Source: Limnochordia bacterium
GTDB taxonomy: Bacteria > Bacillota > Limnochordia > DTU080
Assembly (NCBI GenBank): GCA_050951545.1
Contig: JBMNJG010000002.1
Coordinates: 96,001 to 160,000, forward strand
Direction of reading: 5' to 3'
DNA: 64,000 nt
The position numbers and the translations under genes are program-made. Below are positions 59,122 to 64,000 of the stretch, in pieces (the stretch's first letter is position 1; every line of letters begins with the position of its first letter). Below the pieces are notes generated by a model that was given only the letters and a program-made list of their open reading frames with translations, ran no database searches and had not been told where the DNA came from.

Positions 59122-60357
59122 GTGCGAGACCGCCTATGGATCGGATCTTTCTGGCATCAGTTGCTCTACCCGGAGCTAGGCCCTGGGGGTTTCCAGGATC
59201 CCACAGGCATGTTGGCTTCTGCTGTAAGGCGGGTGTTTGGCTCCAGTCTGCCTGAACACGTCGTTGCTGCTCGCATTCACTACGACAGTGCGGCGGGCTA
59301 CGTGGAACAGCGCGCAGTGGCAGCGTCTGTGCTAGGACACCTGCATCATACCTTGGCGTTGCGCGAACGTCGGTTGCTGGGTTTTGTTCACGGTCGCTTT
59401 CTGTACTGCTGCGGTTACTTTCCGCCAGCCGAGCAGCAGGGAGAGATCTCGTCGGAGGTGGTCGCCACAGACCTCACTAACCGTCTGCGTGAATTGGTGG
59501 GGCATCTACGTGAAGAGCACGACATCCTCTTCACTGTGGGCATAGCTTTTCGGCGGACAATACAGCCCAAGGAAAGCCTCCATGCCTTCCGACAAACTGC
59601 CCAATACGCAGTGGTGGCTTTGCGCACTCAGTTGCAGATCAAAAAAGGCTACGTGCTCGTATGCGACGCCCCAAGACGCGGCGAGCAGCGCTTCGTCGTG
59701 AAGTCGCTTGTTGAGAAGCTGGAGCGAATCGCGCGTGGTGGTGACTTGGAGGCTGTGCCTGACGCTTGTCGTGAAGTATCACACTTCTTGTTTGGTTCAG
59801 AGTACATCCCTCTTTTGAAGGTACGGGGACTGCTTCAGTCATTCCTGGTCTCCCTGAGCATGGCTGCTCAAGCGGCGGGTGTCGATCCAGCGTTGCTGTA
59901 CACTCTTAATCAGCGTTACTTCGAGAGCATCTTGATGCTATACGATTACGACGAGTTGGAACAGGTTATCCATGCTGCGATCGCCAGGTTTGTCTCTGAG
60001 GTGCATGTCATGCGGGCTCGGGAGCTCGAACACCCGGCTGTAGGGCGGGCCGAGGCCTATGTGATACAAAACATAGGAGACCCGCTCTCGCTGTCCTCAG
60101 TGGCTAAGGCGGTGGACCTGAGCCCGCCCTACCTGAGCAGGCTTTTTCGCACTCAGCGTGGCATCACCCTGACGGAGTTCATCAACCGTCAGCGGGTAGA
60201 GGTGGCCAAGACGTTGCTGCAAGATCCTGATAGAAGCATCTGTACAGTGGCCTTTGCGTCTGGGTTTGGCAGTCTGCAGCACTTCAACAGGGTATTCAAG
60301 TCGGCAGTCGGATGCACACCTACACAATTTCGTATCTTAAAATACGTTCATCTTTAG
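59122..60357 (+). CDS. AraC family transcriptional regulator
   Basis: C-terminal LSSVAKAVDLSPPYLSRLF...GFGSLQHFNRVFKSAVGCTPTQFR. Confidence 0.88.
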   Translation: MRDRLWIGSFWHQLLYPELGPGGFQDPTGMLASAVRRVFGSSLPEHVVAARIHYDSAAGYVEQRAVAASVLGHLHHTLALRERRLLGFVHGRFLYCCGYFPPAEQQGEISSEVVATDLTNRLRELVGHLREEHDILFTVGIAFRRTIQPKESLHAFRQTAQYAVVALRTQLQIKKGYVLVCDAPRRGEQRFVVKSLVEKLERIARGGDLEAVPDACREVSHFLFGSEYIPLLKVRGLLQSFLVSLSMAAQAAGVDPALLYTLNQRYFESILMLYDYDELEQVIHAAIARFVSEVHVMRARELEHPAVGRAEAYVIQNIGDPLSLSSVAKAVDLSPPYLSRLFRTQRGITLTEFINRQRVEVAKTLLQDPDRSICTVAFASGFGSLQHFNRVFKSAVGCTPTQFRILKYVHL

Positions 60358-60474
60358 GGAAAGGTCTGTGTGGTCTGATCCAAGAACATGTGCGACGATG
60401 AGGCTACTACACTGAGACCTGATGTTCATGTCGATACCGTAGCGTGGTACAACTAACAAAGGAGGTCCATCCAA

Positions 60475-61362
60475 ATGGCTGATGGCCCGCTTAACACACC
60501 TGAGGCAAAGAGTCAGTTTACAGCGGCGTTTAAGGAATATGCACGAAGCATAGGTGCTGACTTGGTTGGCATCGCGAATATCGAGAGATTTGACGATGTC
60601 GCAGCCAACCATCATCCCCGAGCCATCTTTCCGGAGGGCCGCAGTGTAGTGATGATTGGCAAGCGCATCACACGCGGCAGCCTGCGCGGAGTGGAAGAGG
60701 GCACTCAGTTTGATCTGTACTCCCAGTATGGACGGGACTGGCTCAACAACCGCTTCTTGGCCATGTGTACCTTCAAGGCCGCTGAGTTCTTGGAAGACAA
60801 CGGGTGGGAATCTGTGCCAGTGCCCAACCTACCGCCGCAAGTGCCTCCGATGGGGATTCCGGTTCGTGAGGGGCAGCCAGCCCCCAACGTGATGATCGAT
60901 TTCGAGGATGCTGCAGTGCGGGCTGGCCTTGGTGAGATTGGTTTTTGCGGTGTACTACTTACGCCCCAGTTCGGACCTCGCCAGCGCGTCCAGCTGATCA
61001 TTACGGACGCTCCCCTCGATCCCGATCCTCTAGTGGCTGAGCCTATCTGTGACCGTTGTGTTGAAAAGGAAGAGGCGTGTCCTCTGGGCGCGATTCACGT
61101 CGAGTCTGTGACAGAGCGGGTCATCTGTGGCAAAGCGATGCCAGTGGCGCGCATCGAATATGGCAAGTGCCGTTCCTGTGCGAATGGCGCAGCGCCCAAT
61201 CCGCATTACACCTCGGGCTTGCCCGATCGTCTTGCGGCATTTTGCATGCGCACTTGCGTTAGCCATCTGGAGGAGACGGGTCGTGTGCAAAACACCTTCG
61301 AGAACCCGTTCCGCCAGCGTAACCCATGGCAGGTGATCACTGAGCGGCGCATTATCTCGTAG
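60475..61362 (+). CDS. QueG/reductive-dehalogenase-like Fe-S protein (paralog 1)
   Basis: GADLVGIA, AAVRAGLGEIG, LTPQFGPRQR..IITDA, CDRC...CP, CRSC, CMRTC. Confidence 0.75.
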   Translation: MADGPLNTPEAKSQFTAAFKEYARSIGADLVGIANIERFDDVAANHHPRAIFPEGRSVVMIGKRITRGSLRGVEEGTQFDLYSQYGRDWLNNRFLAMCTFKAAEFLEDNGWESVPVPNLPPQVPPMGIPVREGQPAPNVMIDFEDAAVRAGLGEIGFCGVLLTPQFGPRQRVQLIITDAPLDPDPLVAEPICDRCVEKEEACPLGAIHVESVTERVICGKAMPVARIEYGKCRSCANGAAPNPHYTSGLPDRLAAFCMRTCVSHLEETGRVQNTFENPFRQRNPWQVITERRIIS

Positions 61363-61392
61363 TCACCACGCGAGCAAGAGAGGAGCACCGTC

Positions 61393-62487
61393 ATGGCTGT
61401 TACCACAGAGAGTCTCAAGGAATATGCCCATTCCGTTGGGCTTGACCTGTTCGGGGTGGCCAACATCGAACGCTTCAAGGATGCCCCCAAGCGTATGCAT
61501 CCGGCTTCGATCATGCCTGGAGCGAAGTCAGTGATCGTCGTTGGCAAACGCATTCTGCGCGGGGGTTGGCGCGGCATCGAAGAGGGTACCTACTGGCCCT
61601 CCTACACCTATTTTGACTACCACGGCCTGCTAAATAGCTTCTTCATACCGTGGGGATCGTACCATCTGGCCTGTCATCTTGAAGATCACGGCTGGGAAGC
61701 AACTCCCTACTACCCAGGGGTCCCCGAAACCCAACCCACTCGCCAGCCGTTGCGCGAGGGAGGGGTGGCCCACAACGTGCACCTGGCCATCCGCATCGCC
61801 GCGACCGCTGCGGGTGTGGGTGAGATGGGCTGGTCAAAGGTATTTTTGACCAAGCAGTTTGGTCCACGTCAGCGCCTACATGCGGTGATCACTGATGCAG
61901 AGTTGGAGCCGACTCCACTTGTCAAACCAGGGACCATCTGCGACCGCTGTATGCAGTGCGTGCAAGGTTGTCCGGGAGCGATTCCCCATATGAGGGAAGG
62001 CAAGACGATCAAGATCCAGATCGAGGATTACACCTATGAGTGGGCGGACGTGGACTTGGGCAAGTGCACCCTGATGTATCACGGCGGAGATCCGCGTACC
62101 TCGCCTTTCTTGCACAAGGACTTTCCGGGCTGGAAGTTCGACATACCTGAGCAGGAGCTTACTGAAGAGGCGGCCTACAAGTTCGCTTGGACACTGTCCA
62201 CTGCTCGCTGGCGCGCTACAGATGAGTTCCCATCGGGCTATGTGGTGGAAGGTCACGCCATGCTTCAGAAATGGGGCGTCGGCGAGCGCGAGGGTTCCAG
62301 TTACGGGGTTGAAGGATCGCGCGGGTGTATGAGAAGTTGCTTCAACCACCTGGAAAAGACCGGACGCATTGAGGCGCGTTTCCATGGTGGCGATTTCATC
62401 AAGAGACCGCGATGGATTCTTTCGTCGAAGACAGCGAAGCGTGTGGCGGAAACAGAAGAGCAGCAGAGCGAGCCCGACGCTAGCTAA
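61393..62487 (+). CDS. QueG/reductive-dehalogenase-like Fe-S protein (paralog 2)
   Basis: GLDLFGVA, AATAAGVGEMG, LTKQFGPRQR..VITDA, CDRCMQCVQGCP, GCMRSC. Confidence 0.75.
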   Translation: MAVTTESLKEYAHSVGLDLFGVANIERFKDAPKRMHPASIMPGAKSVIVVGKRILRGGWRGIEEGTYWPSYTYFDYHGLLNSFFIPWGSYHLACHLEDHGWEATPYYPGVPETQPTRQPLREGGVAHNVHLAIRIAATAAGVGEMGWSKVFLTKQFGPRQRLHAVITDAELEPTPLVKPGTICDRCMQCVQGCPGAIPHMREGKTIKIQIEDYTYEWADVDLGKCTLMYHGGDPRTSPFLHKDFPGWKFDIPEQELTEEAAYKFAWTLSTARWRATDEFPSGYVVEGHAMLQKWGVGEREGSSYGVEGSRGCMRSCFNHLEKTGRIEARFHGGDFIKRPRWILSSKTAKRVAETEEQQSEPDAS

Positions 62488-62710
62488 GTCAGGACAGTAG
62501 CAGTGCAAGTGCAATAGGTAACATCCCTCTCGTCCTGTCTGACTGATGGGCTGCCCTACCAGTTGGACAGGACTATGTGGGGGGAGTATCGGCAGCGAAG
62601 CATGAGTCGAGCCGGGGATGTCTGTCAGCCGGACTAAACCAAATGGCAGGAAGCACCTGGGCCCTATGGAAGTCATCCATGAGATCATGACTTTCTGGGG
62701 GCTCGTGGCG

Positions 62711-64000
62711 ATGGATAAGGAAGGTACCAAGTCTGCTGGCAGCGCGATGGTATATGAACACATTGTGGCCCTGGCGAAACCTCAGTTTTCGCGGGCAGAC
62801 AGTCTGCGTGCTGGCATCTTTGATGCTGAGGAACTGAATGCATATATCGCGGACATCAGAAGCCGCTTTCGGACATTGCTTAGGCTTCCTAACGTTGAGA
62901 GGGAGCCTCTTTCGGCGCGCACCACTGGTGTGGTCATCCGAGATGGTTACCGCATTGAGAAAGTGATCTTCGAGAGTCGACCATCATTCCTGGTTACAGC
63001 GAATCTCTATCTTCCTACGGATGTCTGCGGGCCTCTCCCCGGGGTCCTACATCCCTTGGGGCACACGTGGAACGCAAAGGCTGGTGAGACATACCAACGG
63101 GTAGCCGTCACGCTAGTCAAAAACGGCTTTGCGGTCTTCTCATATGATCCGATAGGCCAGGGAGAGCGCATTCAGTACTGGGACCCTCTGCGCGAGTGTT
63201 CCTCGATCGTAGCGAGAGCTTCCAACAGCGCCGTGGCGGAGCATGAATACGCGGGCATCCAGAGCTTGCTGACAGGGGTCAGCATGGGGGGGCTCATGGT
63301 TTGGGATGGCATGCGGGCGCTGGACTACCTGCTCTCGCGGCCGGAGATCGATCCGGAGCGCATCGGATGTACCGGGGTCTCGGGTGGTGGAACCAACACC
63401 TCGTATCTCATGGCTTTGGATGAACGTATTCGTGTGGCGGCACCCATCTGCTATATCACAAAACGGCAACGCTGGCTGGCTCGCAACGAATATGCTGATG
63501 CTGAGCAAGTGCAAGATGACGTGATCAAAGAGGGCATCGACCATACGGAGCTATGCATTGCTACTGCTCCCAGGCCCTTGCTGATTGGAACGAGCACTGA
63601 AGATTTCTTTCCGATGGAGGGAGCTCTCGAGTCGGCGGAGCAGGCTCGCCAGGCTTACGCATTACTGGGTGTTTCAGACCGCGTTCAGACTGTGGTTGCC
63701 GAGGGACAACACGGTTTCTTGCCTGTCCATCGAGTGGCTGTCAGTGATTGGTTCCGCCAGTGGCTGTGTAATGAGGAGAATCCCCAGAGCGTGGACTGGG
63801 GAGCGGACCTTACGCTTGAAGAGGACGAGACACTCTGGGCAACGCCGCAGGGCCAGACCTTCCATCTGGGCAGCAGAACGGTCTTCAGTTTCACGCGGCA
63901 GGAGGCTCTGCGTCTTGAGAAAAGCCGGAAACGCTGGTTCGCGCAGCCTGCTGGTACTGATATCTCCATGGCGCAAAAGGAGCTGCGTAGCAGGCTGCAA
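62711..64000 (+). CDS. Alpha/beta hydrolase, acetylxylan-esterase-like (3'-truncated by window edge)
   Basis: Manual translation: DGYRIEKVIFESRP...ANLYLP...LGH...YDPIGQGER...WDGMRALDYLLSRPEIDPERIGCTGVSGGG (nucleophile elbow). Alternative starts 62666 and 62747. Confidence 0.85.
   Translation, partial: MDKEGTKSAGSAMVYEHIVALAKPQFSRADSLRAGIFDAEELNAYIADIRSRFRTLLRLPNVEREPLSARTTGVVIRDGYRIEKVIFESRPSFLVTANLYLPTDVCGPLPGVLHPLGHTWNAKAGETYQRVAVTLVKNGFAVFSYDPIGQGERIQYWDPLRECSSIVARASNSAVAEHEYAGIQSLLTGVSMGGLMVWDGMRALDYLLSRPEIDPERIGCTGVSGGGTNTSYLMALDERIRVAAPICYITKRQRWLARNEYADAEQVQDDVIKEGIDHTELCIATAPRPLLIGTSTEDFFPMEGALESAEQARQAYALLGVSDRVQTVVAEGQHGFLPVHRVAVSDWFRQWLCNEENPQSVDWGADLTLEEDETLWATPQGQTFHLGSRTVFSFTRQEALRLEKSRKRWFAQPAGTDISMAQKELRSRLQ

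Overview
This is the chromosomal replication-origin region of a roughly 57-60% GC Bacillota genome. It is most likely a diderm, sporulating lineage such as Limnochordia, inferred from an SLH/coiled-coil/beta-barrel OmpM-like gene together with ylbJ, yqhV and a YlbF-family gene. The conserved core runs parB-parA-rsmG-mnmG-mnmE-jag-yidC-yidD-rnpA-rpmH <- oriC -> dnaA-dnaN-yaaA-recF-remB-gyrB...gyrA. Two rearrangements stand out: an archaeal/eukaryote-type proS sits between rpmH and the upstream DnaA-box cluster, and gyrB and gyrA are split by two genes. Downstream are a NiCo(czcD)-like riboswitch with a CDF exporter, three tRNAs (Ala, Ile, Ala; no rRNA), a TetR/permease operon, asnS, glyA, two large secreted glycoside-hydrolase-like genes, T-box-serS, a 1517-aa OmpM-like protein, a Zur/ZnuABC-like operon, and an aroA-like/FAD-oxidoreductase // AraC/two QueG-like/esterase cluster. 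The best candidate for an undescribed system is at about 25.9-28.1 kb. It comprises a 405-bp-period, indel-free, apparently non-coding tandem repeat with conserved hairpins, then a sigmaH-like promoter and LexA-like box, then a gene for a tandem winged-helix + Vsr/DUF559-like endonuclease, beside the tRNA cluster. A recurrent AGG-N18/19-GAA (sigmaH-like) promoter motif precedes about 12 genes in the window. All calls were made by eye, without database searches.
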